A DNA stretch of 64,000 bases from Phoronis australis (Eukaryota; Animalia; Phoronida). Both the position numbers and the translations under genes were made by a program. Numbering within the stretch: position 1 is the stretch's first letter; each line of letters begins with the position of its first letter. Positions 27,301-39,250 of the stretch are shown here, one piece after another. The stretch spans positions 48,805 to 112,804 of the forward strand of contig NMRA01000095.1 of the NCBI GenBank assembly GCA_002633005.1, written 5' to 3'. A model generated the notes under the pieces. The model was not told where the DNA came from, made no database searches, and worked only from the letters and a program-made list of their open reading frames with translations.

Positions 27301-27980
27301 TTCGAACTGATAGCCTGTGAAACCTAACGATGCATCTGTGAAGTCTTCGTCGGATGAGCTCTTTCTAAGTCGGGATTGGCGCCGGCGAGTTGCCATGTAG
27401 ACGTTTATTATTCTGCGTTCTGTTTCAAAATGAATTATTCTCGTCCTAAAATGATCCTAACCAATGCAGCTTATACGGAACTGAAACAAAGTCTGTCTCA
27501 TTAGATACAATATGTAATGCCTTGGAGTGCTCGTGATTGCAAATGTTTTGAGAAGCCAGCAATGAATAAAGCACTGCGTTACCGGCTTTTGATGCCGCCA
27601 CAAAGTTAATTGACCGGGCACCGAGGCCGTGAGAGCGCATGCTAATTCGCTGAGTGTTTGCTGATAGAACTCGGAAAGCTGTTGTGAAACAATTACATGT
27701 ACTCTATTTTATATGCTATTGTCTAATGTTAGGGAATCTTTATTTAGAAATACAAACACATTATTCAAATCATTGTTACTGTACCACCTTTGCCCTGACG
27801 GTCTGTGGAAGGGAGACCCGAATTCGCGGCCCGCGGCAAGCCATATTTTCGGTTTCGTCACGGGCTAGTTCACATAAATAATTAAGTGTACATTATTTCT
27901 TTGGCTAACTTTTATAGTCTTTCCTGACTGGAGGTTTAGTTTCCAACTCAAGGTGGTCTATGTTCGTGTCAGTCCCAGCT

Positions 27981-28078
27981 GCGACGGGCCTGATAGGGTT
28001 CCGAGCTACTGGCCAGGATAACTAGTCAGTGAGGCCGCGACGGGCCTGATCGGGTTACGAGTCACTGGCCGGGATAAC
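27981..28078. repeat. Two-copy tandem repeat, period 56
   Basis: GCGACGGGCCTGAT.GGGTT.CGAG..ACTGGCC.GGATAAC at 27981 and 28037. Confidence 0.85.
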
Positions 28079-29234
28079 AAACGTTTTTGTGTGTTTAGAA
28101 TTCAAAATATCACCAGTATAAAAAACACAGATCTGGATTCTCCTGTCTGTATTTCACGGAAGAATACTTCGAATTTATCTTCGAACAGATCCAAAACTCC
28201 CGGCCTGCTACGAACCTTGGTAAATTGGCCTGCCGAACTTTGTAGACTACGGTGTGTCCAAATACCAGTAAATCCGTAACAGCGAAATAAAACAACAAGA
28301 ACTCGGTGTATTTTTAATGGTTTTACATCGAAGTATGATGATTTATTAGTGTTAAACGATGAATTCAAGCTGTAAGCTGACATCACTAACCCTAGTTGTG
28401 AACTGCTGAACAGACTGCGTGTGAAATCAATTACTGTATGTCATTGGATAATTCAACACCCCCGTCTGCCGTCAAGTGTCAGGTAACGCAACCGAAAGTG
28501 CTGTTATCGAGTAGAACTACTCGATTTAAATTGATACAAAATAGGTTTCTTTTTGCAAAACGTGTATCGATCGCTTGTTGCATGTCGACGTAAAGGTTTA
28601 GTCGTTACAAAACCCATTTTACCAAGCTGGTTACATATTGTACATTATTCATCAATTACCGCACAATGTTATCGTGTACTTTACAAGAAATAAGGTACAA
28701 GCTTGTGTATATCCTTACCGCCAAATCTGACCCATATCTTTTTTAACATGATTTTAAGGTACTGAAAATATATTCATTTCGCGTGAATCCATGAAAATGT
28801 TATCCTATGATTTCACTGTACATCGTATTTCAACGATCAATGGACATTTTACTTGTTCACAAACAAAATACGTCGTGGTCATATTTGGTACCTTGAGCAT
28901 CACTTGAAATTAGGGATCATACGCCAATTGATTGAACGACTTGCGTAGTTTCTCATCCGTATGGAAATGTCAAATGATTGATATGTACAGGACATGTATA
29001 GTGTTTTCGCATGATGTCACCAATTACGCCATCCGCGATGTTGGAGTACAAACATTTCAGTATGGTTGTCGTATCCTGAAGCAGTCACATATCTTTGCTG
29101 CATTCTTGGCAGAATTTATCAGTGTAATATTAGATTTCGTAGTAAACGATGGATTGAGCCTATTTTGATTCCAGTCTGATTGTTTTTTTAATTTCGAATG
29201 AGCTTATTTTAAAGTAAATTCCCACATTTTTCAG

Positions 29235-29297
29235 GAGCTGCCAACCTGTGTCCGCCTAACACGTATTCGCCCACCGGATTCCAACCAGGGTGCACTG
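29235..29297 (+). CDS. Gene B exon 4
   Basis: tttttcag|...|gtaagt, phase 1-1. Encodes AANLCPPNTYSPTGFQPGCT (CP..T.S.TG..PGC motif). Confidence 0.88.
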
Positions 29298-30157
29298 GTA
29301 AGTTTTAAGTATACCCACTACTGCTTTTCTAGTTGAAAATATCACCATACACAAGTGGAGGACTTACCGCGACTGCGTGGCGAAAGTTTATGCCGACTCA
29401 AAAACGATTGAAATGTTATAAAAGTTTACCACCGCTAAAATTGCATAAAATGGAGAAAATTTGCCAGTGAATTGAGTTGACAGATCATTCGACGGGGTCC
29501 GGTGGGCAAAGCTATGTTACGTGCACCCTCCCCGAACACAAACGTCCAGAACAGACTGCCAACTCGTCGTCTTTAAGAATCACCAAAACGTAAATAAGGG
29601 CACTGTCTTTCACCATTTTGAGGTAGGGAAACACTTATGTCTGGTCAAAATTAGAAAAATACCTCAATTTAGAACTGTGCTCCGTTTTTATACCTTTCAA
29701 AATGCGACTTACATTTGTATCGGGGGTAATGTTTGAGAGCCATTTTGTGCGCTGATTACGAATCAGAAACTTTCCTATTTTGGAATGAATATTTCCAAAG
29801 AAAAAATCGAGAAATTTTGCTGATGCGTCGCCATTTTGTCACAGGCAAAATTTTCTTTCTGGTCAAGAGAGAGCACTAACAAGGAATGTAAAAGAAATTA
29901 ATATCTGGTGGTCATGCATGCTTTAACAAAAAACAGAAATTTGCTAGCCAAGCATCTAAAATATAGAAATTGCGTCGGATAAAGCAACACTTTCCGAGCT
30001 TAATGATAAGGATCGCGTGACAATTGGCGCCTTTTTAGTATCACTAGAAATCGATCTTTCGCCCACTATAATCATCGTCGTTATCATCACATTTTACACC
30101 ATGCCTATTAGGCCTTTTGCGAGTTTATAACAGTAACGCGAGATTATGTGAGACTTA

Positions 30158-31255
30158 ACTGTGACGTCACGGGAAGTGGGGCAAAAGCTTGTCGTTTGGT
30201 CATTTGCCCAATACGGTAGCAGAGTGTATTCTGTTATTGTCTTCGAGTTTTTAGCCGTTTAGTTCGAAAAATGTCCAGAAGCATTGCTGTTATGGCAAAT
30301 GAACTTCAGATTCACACTACAATACGTTCTATCGCGTTCTGTACTAATTTCGTCCCGTGTATTTTAAACGGGCGGTAGGCGAAATCCGCTCACTGATAAA
30401 GTTTTCACCTCGTCGAAAATACATTGTACACCTAAAATTAGCACCTAAAAGGCTCTTACTTTCTTCAGTGACTCTTTCTGCTTCTAAACATATCTTCGAT
30501 GAAGCATATATACGGGAATTCAGGTGACTTAGGCGAAGAATTCCAACTCCACTTTGTGGTTACTGTTAACTTTGTCCGCGCGCGCGATTACCACAATCAA
30601 GTATTTCAACTGAGTCAGGTGAGTATGAGGCAAAGGCTAGCGCGAGACTGAGCGAAGCGCGAGATCTGGCGCGTGACCTGGCGCGTGACACTTGCAAAAT
30701 AGCATGAGAAAATATCAAGTGAAATTTGTAAGATTTGTGTCCCTTGGACTTTTTGTTCGTCAACAGGCGTGATTTCACGTAACTTCCTCAAAATGGCGGC
30801 TCTTTAGTGAGAGAAACTCGAGAGAACCGCGAGGTTTTCATGAATATGCTCAAGTTATTTGTAGACTAAATTGTGTCCAGAGTCAGGGTATGTGTTAATT
30901 ATAACTTCATGTGCACATATGCATGTTTCATTGGATTTTATTTGCTGTATTTTGAAGTGAATATCTTTTTATGGGGATACACTATCGCCCCTGTATGCCT
31001 GCGCCTTTCAGGCCTAGAGCGGATTAAGTTCCAATTTCAGTCCGTTCACAGCTTCGCACAACATAACAAGGTCACATTTTCTTCGTCTATTCACAGTTAT
31101 TCCACGACCCATCTACCATATCTTAAGTTGTTTTAACGTTTTAAGCGTAAAATTCACCATAAGATCTCCAGTAAGTTTTAGCGTGTGTAGCAAAGACTCG
31201 GGGCAAAACAAGAGCAATATGGCGGGTTTTGTCCCCTTTCCGGTGACGTCACAGT
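30158..31255. mobile_element. Putative non-autonomous DNA transposon with imperfect inverted ends
   Basis: ACTGTGACGTCACGGGAAGTGGGGCAAAA at 30158 versus TTTTGTCCCCTTTCCGGTGACGTCACAGT ending at 31255. A further inverted match TTGCGAGTTT/AAACTCGCAA lies outside these. True ends uncertain. Confidence 0.6.
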
Positions 31256-31342
31256 GACTAGCGAGAAACTCGCAAGTGAGCTATTGGCGAGATTTGTATT
31301 CAATAGATCAACAGTATCAAGTACTGCTTATGCATGATGATA

Positions 31343-32376
31343 TTTTTTTAAAGTGATATATATTTATTGAAGAATACACAGAACATACAAAGAAATAATA
31401 ACAAACCCAGAAACCGCGAATCATTATATCTGGGTTGTAAACTAATGAAACTAATATACATAGAGGTATATACAATTAAGTAGTATCTAATATAAATATT
31501 CCAATACTTAGATATGCTATTAAAAATATATAAAAACAAAAATAAGTACTGATTCACTTATGGAAATCAGAAGCAACAATATTGATAAATGGTACATAAC
31601 AATTTGCTAACGTTGCTTAGTAGGAATTCATTGAGAACGAGGTCAAGGTTAGGACTACCATTCAATAATAATGTAACTAGTAGGGATATTATTACAAGAA
31701 TCGAGATCGTTAACAATTGATTGGTCTTTATTGCGTGCACGAAAAAGTGAGTCTCTCAGGTATTCGATGAGGAGACATTTGAAGAAAATATGAGGATAAG
31801 ATTGATGGTCACCACATTTACAGTTTGGAGAGACATTACTAAAGTTGTGCCTGAAATTGTCAGAGTTGAGGAAAAGGCCACATCTTGAAGTGTACAATGC
31901 TATTTCGTTATCGCGGGGAAGGGAGAATTGAGTCAAGGGTGTTGAGTTATCAAAATTATGAAAAACAGTACTAAAACTATTTTTTATACTCGTAAAAGAG
32001 TTGCTTTCCTTAACAGAGACTGGAAGAGAATTCCAGTTGTTGATGCACATCATGACTGTAGACCTTCTGAATGCCTGACTGAACGACGGAGGTGGAGGAT
32101 CTCAAATCACTACGATGGCCTTGTCTAGTGTATAGATCAAATATTTTTTTGACAGAAACGTTGTTGACATTGTTTATTACCTCGAAAGTAAATGTGGTCA
32201 TGTGAAGATTGCGTCAAGTAGACAGTTTGGGTCACTTGAGACTATTCAAAACCTTAACACTATTGGATCCCCTGAAAGCTCCGGTTATGAGTAAGGCAGC
32301 TTGATATTGTAACTTCTCCAAATGTTGGAGTGCACCCGTATTGGCTGATTGATATATAATATCACAATAATCAATG
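31343..32376 (-). mobile_element. CR1-type LINE 3' fragment
   Basis: Minus strand: IDYCDIIYQ...LEKLQYQAALLITGAFRGS...LK*PKLST*R, NNWNSLP, SPNCKCG...HIFFKC, then an AT-rich UTR with AATAAA and an A tail at about 31343. Confidence 0.85.
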
Positions 32377-33402
32377 TGTGACAATCGTCACGCTATAAGT
32401 GGTGACGTTCAAGCTGTTACGGGTGGTTGCTGGTCTCATTGTTTATTTTTTCATACGCTACATGTACGTCTGAATTACATTACATGTATCCGATTCTGGT
32501 GTCAAAAATCGGCGCTTAATGATTTTCGCCAACACAGGCACCGTCATTTTTCAACATGTGTAATTTCCACTTTATTTCAATGAAGCGCCTTTGTTCAGGA
32601 GGCTGTTACCGAATTTGCAGATCTGTAGTAAGCAAGAACAAAATACAAAAGGTGAATATTTCTAATAATTTGACAATAACTTCATTAAAACCTTGTTTGA
32701 ACACTGTTTATTGATTATGAATTTTATTGACATAGGTTATTACATAAGACATGTTGAATTTGAAAAGCATACTAATACATTATTTTGAAAAGTACATTTT
32801 CATGTAGTTTACCATAACAACAAGCTGTCAGTGACAGTTGCATTTTGTGTTAATTTTAATCTGGGGAAGTAGGCCCAGCGTCTGCTTTACGTCTAAGGTT
32901 ATGGCTGGGTTAATAGTTAAATTAGTTGCACTGGGATCAAGGTAGATTTTGAAAAAGAGAGGGGCTTCGACTCAATGGCCAGAAAGTCATGTATTTGTTT
33001 ACAGCTAACACTATGAACCTGGATCTGCTCTCATTTCAAACAATCTTATTCAAATTGATTAGAGAAAAAATCATAATCTCACAAATCTGAAGTTGAAATG
33101 CAATTACATGTATAAAGCAGCTTAGAATTACTCGGCAATTTTTCTGCTTTTGAGCTATGGGTTGGGTGCCACCTAGCGAAAACTAGAGAAATGACCACCC
33201 CTGAAGGGATGGTCGGTGAGGCTGCACTGTAGAAGTATGGGACAAAATACAGAGCCCCCGTCCAATAACTGAAATTTTCCCTCCACACGATTCTCGAGAT
33301 ACACAACACAGTCCAAATTACATTACTGGAGTGTTTACTATGTTCAGTGTTATCAAAGCAAAAAATCAATGTGTTATGATGCAATTGTTTCATGTCTTGT
33401 AG

Positions 33403-33725
33403 GTGACCGTGCTACATACAATGGATCTGTAACGGTTTCCGCTCATGCAGGAAAACGACCTGACGAGTACCCCGAAACAGGCAATTTTTTGGAAGATTTG
33501 TTTCGAAAACATCTGACGGCCACGAACAAGAAAGAAATTCAGTTCCATTGCAATATTGCTGATGACAACTCAGAAAACTTTACGAAGCTGTTTTTTAATG
33601 TTCGTTGGTTTATAAATGATATTGTATTTGCATATGAGGAACTGGGTCAAGGTGACAAGGTTTCGATTCTACACGAGTACCAATGGATAGCCATAAATGG
33701 ACCGAAAGTTCAACTGCCATTTGAT
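33403..33725 (+). CDS. Gene B exon 5: Ig-like region
   Basis: cttgtag|...|gtacgt, phase 1-0. Encodes ...IQFHCNI...FNVRWFIND...LPFD. Confidence 0.88.
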
Positions 33726-33819
33726 GTACGTACATGACAACATGAATTCATTCAAAATAATAATCACTAACTAAAACCATACATGTATTTGTAATGATAG
33801 CTAACACTGCAGTGCTGAT

Positions 33820-34260
33820 AATGCGGGGGAAATGTGATGATGATGGTGACGTCGAAATATCTTGGTGGGTGGTGCCTGCAATAGTAGTGGTAGTGGTGGA
33901 GCGTTGGTAATGACATGATTGGTGATAGCGAGGCTGGTGGTGGCCGTCCTTGTGGAGACGTTGGAGATGGAGGTGAGAATGATTGTGTTTGGAGGGGTTG
34001 TGATGCTATGAAGACAAGGAGAGTTGCGGTTGTATGAGTAGACGTGGCGGTTATAGCGACAGCTGTGTTGGTGAGGGTCATAGCGAGAGTTGTGATTTCT
34101 TGACGTTTGTGTAGTTGAGGATCGTAGCGAGAGTGGTGGTTTCGTGACGGTTGTGTTGGTTAGGCTCGTAGTGAGAGTGATGATTTTCGTGACGTTTGTG
34201 AGGCTCGTAGTGAAAGGTGCGGTTGTAGAATAGGTTTTGAGGGAGGAGGATAACAAGAGG
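33820..34260. repeat. Degenerate (GGT/GAT)n low-complexity and short tandem repeats
   Basis: G/T-rich triplet periodicity and repeated GGCTCGTAGTGA/TTTCGTGACG units; intronic. Confidence 0.7.
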
Positions 34261-34901
34261 TTTTAGAAATATTGCCCTCGATATTAACAGTACGTGTATT
34301 AGCAGAAATCGCAGAGTTTGCAAAGGTAGTAGAACACTGATGCAGCAGTAGATGTTGCGTGGTGTGGCCGACTGCACAAACACGCACCCGAGCAGATCTT
34401 TATTGTAAGGTCTCCAATTATTTGAACTTGCATGATTGGACTCCACAAAAACAATTGAGAAGAATGGCAGTACGGTGTCTTACATTATTGCACGACCTCT
34501 GATATTTCTGTTGGCTGTATCGCATAACGTTAAACTCGGACTAATCCATGAGCTATTCGCGTGCTGCCCCTGTGTCACACGTCACTATTCGCGATATGAT
34601 CCATAAGATGGTGTAGAAACCATACACTACAAAACGAATCGTGCAGGCGATGTCAATACACTAAAGCAGTCAAAAACAACCCCCTCTAATAAAATCAGCA
34701 AACTGAAATGAAGTATCAGTGGCTGTAATGTGTGAAAGTATGGAATGATCTTTCTGGCATACTACATGTAACTCACTGTTATCAAGCTTGGGATCAGTCC
34801 ATATTTCTATAATATCTCAAAAGCGTGCAACAATAATCAGGAAACTCTGTTTTTCACTAATACTTAGCTGATTCTAATCATATCAAACATATGTACTCTA
34901 G

Positions 34902-34988
34902 GTTCACTGTGAAGTCTTGGCGCATTATAACAACACTGGCGGCATTTCGGACACTGTGCGTAGCGGAGATTTTTGGGCTGGTGTAAAG
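34902..34988 (+). CDS. Gene B exon 6
   Basis: ctctag|...|gtaagg, 87 nt, phase 0-0. Encodes VHCEVLAHYNNTGGISDTVRSGDFWAGVK (VWDE-family S..F.AG.K motif). Confidence 0.9.
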
Positions 34989-35586
34989 GTAAGGTAACTC
35001 GACACCACGTATTTCTTACCGTTGACTGCTCTCTTTATTCGTACTGTTTGTCTGACAAACTGTTTTTATACATTATTGAAATGAGCTAACATGAGTTTCG
35101 CAAAACAAGTTTCTAATCCTCGCGGAGGCTTATTCTTAAGAGGTTTTAACTTTAGTCATTAAAAATGAGTAAATTTAAAAATGTTGAAATGAAATGATTT
35201 GTGAAATCATCGGAAAACTTGCCCGTTTTAGATATACGACAAGGATTAAATGAGTTTTATTCTTCATCATTGCCCGACTAATACTCATTGATAACCAAAA
35301 ATTAACACTTCGTAAGAAGTCTGATGCAAGTTACGCCGGTGACTTGGAGATTATGCGAAAATTCTGTAGCACTGAAACGCAGTACAGTTTGCCTTCTTCA
35401 GTGACTTCGCTATTGTAACCGTAGCCAGTCAGCTAGACGTCGTGAAGACTATCTTCAAAATTCAGCTAGGAACCACTGTGTCAGTGTGTGTCAAGGTGAT
35501 AGGCCCCCAAGGGACCTCGAAATTTCACACCGCTTGGGTAGTTGCACTCAATTGAACATTCGAGAATAAATAGGTGACGCTATATA

Positions 35587-36988
35587 CAGTACAGCCACTG
35601 AATTATTAGACTCTCTCCGGTGTCTCTACGGTCTAGCCACCCGTGACCGTAACCGGAGACACACCGGAAAATGCATGAGGCGTGAATCAACCGTGACAGC
35701 TGGCGTGAGCCTAAGCGTGACTGTACCCGGAGCTTACCGTGAGCTAGGCGTGAGTTTACCTGCATCGCAGATGATGAAGTAATTTATTAAAATTACATCA
35801 GTAACTAGCAGTGATGTGTGTATTCTCATAGACTTTTGCTCATGTGAGGTTTAATTTTTTTTTTGAAATCGTCACGTGCAGTAAAAGACCAAAGTTTCCG
35901 TCTCAAATCGTAAGTCACTTCAGAAAACAGACCCGTGGACTTTACTTTTCACTTAGATATAATTATTTGTTTTTTACATAAACTAATAAAGAATCTTAAC
36001 ACGCGTGTACACGGCGGAATTATTCAATTGCCTTCACGATATGAAGGAGCATAGCATGTCAATTCTCAGCACATTGATCCCAAGTTCCGGCATCATGCGG
36101 AGAAAACTGATCAGGCCCATGCATTTGACGAGTCAAACAGATGACTGCTATTATTATTTTAGTGAAGAAGTACTGTGTACTCAGTCGAAACGCATGTACT
36201 ACGGGGAGGGGGCTACAAATAATTGAACTGCACTACGGATTCGGGACTTTTAATTCAAAACATTTGCTTGCAGTAGGGGATGGGTATGTCAGAAGGGCGG
36301 CCTATTCAAATTTTCTGTACGCAAGTGCGGTGCAAAAATTAACGGAGTGACACAATACTTCACAAGATGCGTAGGCTATTTTAGGGCGAATTAATTATAT
36401 CCACCTGTGACAAGTTTCAAGGAGTCCACAGCCATGTAAATATGACTCTGGGAACAGGGTCGCGTTCATTCGTATTTACTAACCGTGGTCACTGTACATG
36501 TTTGTCGTTGATGGGACTGGCTCTTGAGTCGTAAATTGAACATGAACATGAAAGTGTAACACAAGACGAGCTGAAGAAAGACGTTTGTATGAACAACACG
36601 TGGAATTACAGAGTTAGTCGGAACCCAAGTGTGACAGAGGACCGCTTGCAAAGATACTCTATAACATACTATAATGTCTTTGCAACTTGACCGAAACGAC
36701 AGGCAATCAAGACGTTACATGTATTTTTACTGATTAGCCCGGTGCCCTACCATGGTTACCACAGCTACCGAAAAAAAGCGTAAGGTAAGCGTGACGGAGG
36801 CGCGAAGAAAGCGTAAACGAGGCGTGAGGAAAGCATTAACTAAACCGGAGGTAAGCGTGAGGACTACTCGGAGAGTAGGCGTGAGGCGACCGTGACTGAT
36901 TTCTGTCACGACTGTGTTCCGGCTGGGCTCCGGTCTGGCTAGGCGTGAGGTAGCCCGGAAGAAGTCTAAAAATTCAGTGGCTGTACTG
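35587..36988. mobile_element. Tc1/mariner-type MITE
   Basis: TA|CAGTACAGCCACTGAATTATTAGACT ... AGTCTAAAAATTCAGTGGCTGTACTG|TA: 26-bp TIR with one mismatch and a TA TSD. Subterminal GCGTGA/CCGTGA repeats. Confidence 0.9.
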
Positions 36989-37408
36989 TATCATGGCGCC
37001 AAAAGCCGACGCATAGGATTGCTCCACAACTTAAGTATCAGAATAACGGTAGAAAGTATATTTTTCTAATAATTCAGCTTACTCAAAGAAAAGTGTACGT
37101 TTTGAGGACAATAATTTTGTGTCAGGTACTGTTTAGCCAGTTTTTAATAAAGAGTGTCACCAAGGCTACTGAAGTCAATAGAATGACTGTCAATTCCGGA
37201 GCGGATTTGTCACGGAAAAACTCTAGGATATTGTTCCGAGCGATAACTCTTTTATTAAATGAAACGTAAAATCCACTAAATGACCTAATCCATTCCTGTA
37301 GCCAAACGAAGACATCCAGTGATAGAACCTTTTCTGTTTCAGCGTCAATCATGACTGCGTAGAAGGCTACTTTATCACACTTCTTGCGGCCGTTCATTCT
37401 CATAATTT

Positions 37409-37947
37409 CAGTTAGGTTGTCTGTCTAGACTCATCTGATTACTATCTTATCTGTTGGGTTATCTCTCAAGACTCAGTTTGAATCTTGTCACTTATATTAT
37501 CTCTCAAGACTCATCAGTTTGGAATCTTATCAATTAGATTATCTCCCAAGACTCATCTGTTTAGATTAATATCAGTTAGATTATCTTCCAAGACTCATCT
37601 AGCTGTTTCGACTAATATCATTTAGGTCTCCCAAGACTGCTCCCTTTAAAATCTTTACAGTTACATTATCTCTCAAGACTCATCTTCTTAGAATCTTATA
37701 AGTTAGGTTGCGTTTCCAGTCAGTTGTGTTTACCGAATCTGATCAGTTACCTTATCTCTCAAGACTCTTCTGTTTGAAATCTCACCAGTCAGTTATCTTT
37801 CAAAACTGTTCAAGTTAGAATCTTGACAGTTAGGTCATCTCTCAATTGGCAAATAATTAGAATCTTACCAGTAAGATTATCTTCCAAGAATCTTCTAATT
37901 AGATTCTTATCAGTTACGTTATCTGTCAAGACTCATATATTTAGAAC
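37409..37947. repeat. Degenerate minisatellite, about 42-bp unit, about 13 copies
   Basis: Consensus approximately CAGTTAGATTATCTCTCAAGACTCATCTGTTTAGAATCTTAT. Confidence 0.85.
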
Positions 37948-38821
37948 GACTTGCTAAGTGAATTTAATTTATTGCATCTTATTACATTAATTTCAATACC
38001 TTAAGGAACTTAAAAATCTTTTTGAAGTACACCAGTCGCATGCCACAAAAGATATGGTTACGCATTGCCCGGATGCATCAGGGCTCAATGTGGTCGAACC
38101 ATTTTACTTGAAATCAAACTGGATGATATTGATTACATTCCGTTCATTTTTAAAATGACCTAAATATTGTACCTCCAAAATACATGCTACGTAACCTTGA
38201 GGAAGAAGTGGAGACTAAACATATATTCTAGTAATAATGTATTGTTAGATTCAGTTCGCTTTTGTACTGAGAGCTTCTGGAATTTTGATAGGCAGGCCCC
38301 AGCAAACCTTTAATCCGACACTAACTCTGCTAGGCACCTATCCATCGACAATATTCTCACTCACTCAGATTTGTCTCTCTACCTGTCTGCTTGTGACGCA
38401 CAACTCATCTTCAAATGTTTTCAGTAAGTCAACGGAATAACAATCGAATAAGTTGTCTTAATGTATTGCTTACTAGTTATGGCACAGCTTCACCAGTTCG
38501 CCTTATGACAATAGTTTACCATAGCTCAAACACTGAAAAGTGTAGACGAACAAAACGACTTTAAGGATTTGTTCTTTAGTTACAGGTTTTACTATTACTT
38601 ATGGTTTTGATAGGAATTAGACAGTCTATGCAGTTTTCCCATATTTTTTGAATATCACTTTTAGATATGTCAAACTTTTTAAAATATAACGATATTCGAT
38701 TGACGAGTCTTCTTTTTACTTTGTAAAGTCATTTGAAGTAGCGTGTCAACGTCTCATGCAGTGATGTGTTGAAAGCGAAATTTTGGTTGATTTATTTGGT
38801 ATACCTATTATATATCTTAAG

Positions 38822-39250
38822 GTGAAGAATGACATAATCACTATGAAAGAAGGTGAGGATTTAAATGTTACGTTCATGGCAACAGTTCCAATGATAGATG
38901 TCGGATGTGACCAAAGTGACCACAGCAATCAAAGGTGTCACATAAACTTTGAGCTGAGAGCGACACCTACAATCGAGGACGGGTTTACAGAAGAACAAGT
39001 TTGTGTGAACGGCTTCAAACCAGTTGCAATAACAGCCACAGATTGTAATCAGCCACTTCAGTTAAGAGATCATGCTGCGTTGGATGATTATGAATGGAAT
39101 TCGGAGACTCACGGCACCTTTCACTTTACAATCAAGAGTTCTATCGACAATCAATACGGAGCTCCAAAAAAACGTATTCTCAAGCTCGGAACACCTACTA
39201 CTGCGAACAACCATCCTGCCTGGAGCAACTACGTTGTGAAAGATGTCGAG
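38822..39250 (+). CDS. Gene B exon 7
   Basis: cttaag|...|gtaagt, 429 nt, phase 0-0. Encodes VKNDIITMKEGEDLNVTFMATVPM...HPAWSNYVVKDVE. Confidence 0.9.

Noticed and set aside
33457-33482. CTGACGA...GAAAC hammerhead-like core
   Set aside because: No stem II pairing, and it lies in a coding exon (RPDEYPET).
33767-34446. Thr/His-rich minus-strand ORFs as a nested mucin gene
   Set aside because: Low-complexity repeat, open in several frames, with no splice structure.
37409-37947. CRISPR-like appearance of the repeat array
   Set aside because: Units are contiguous and degenerate with no unique spacers, there are no cas genes, and the context is a eukaryotic intron.
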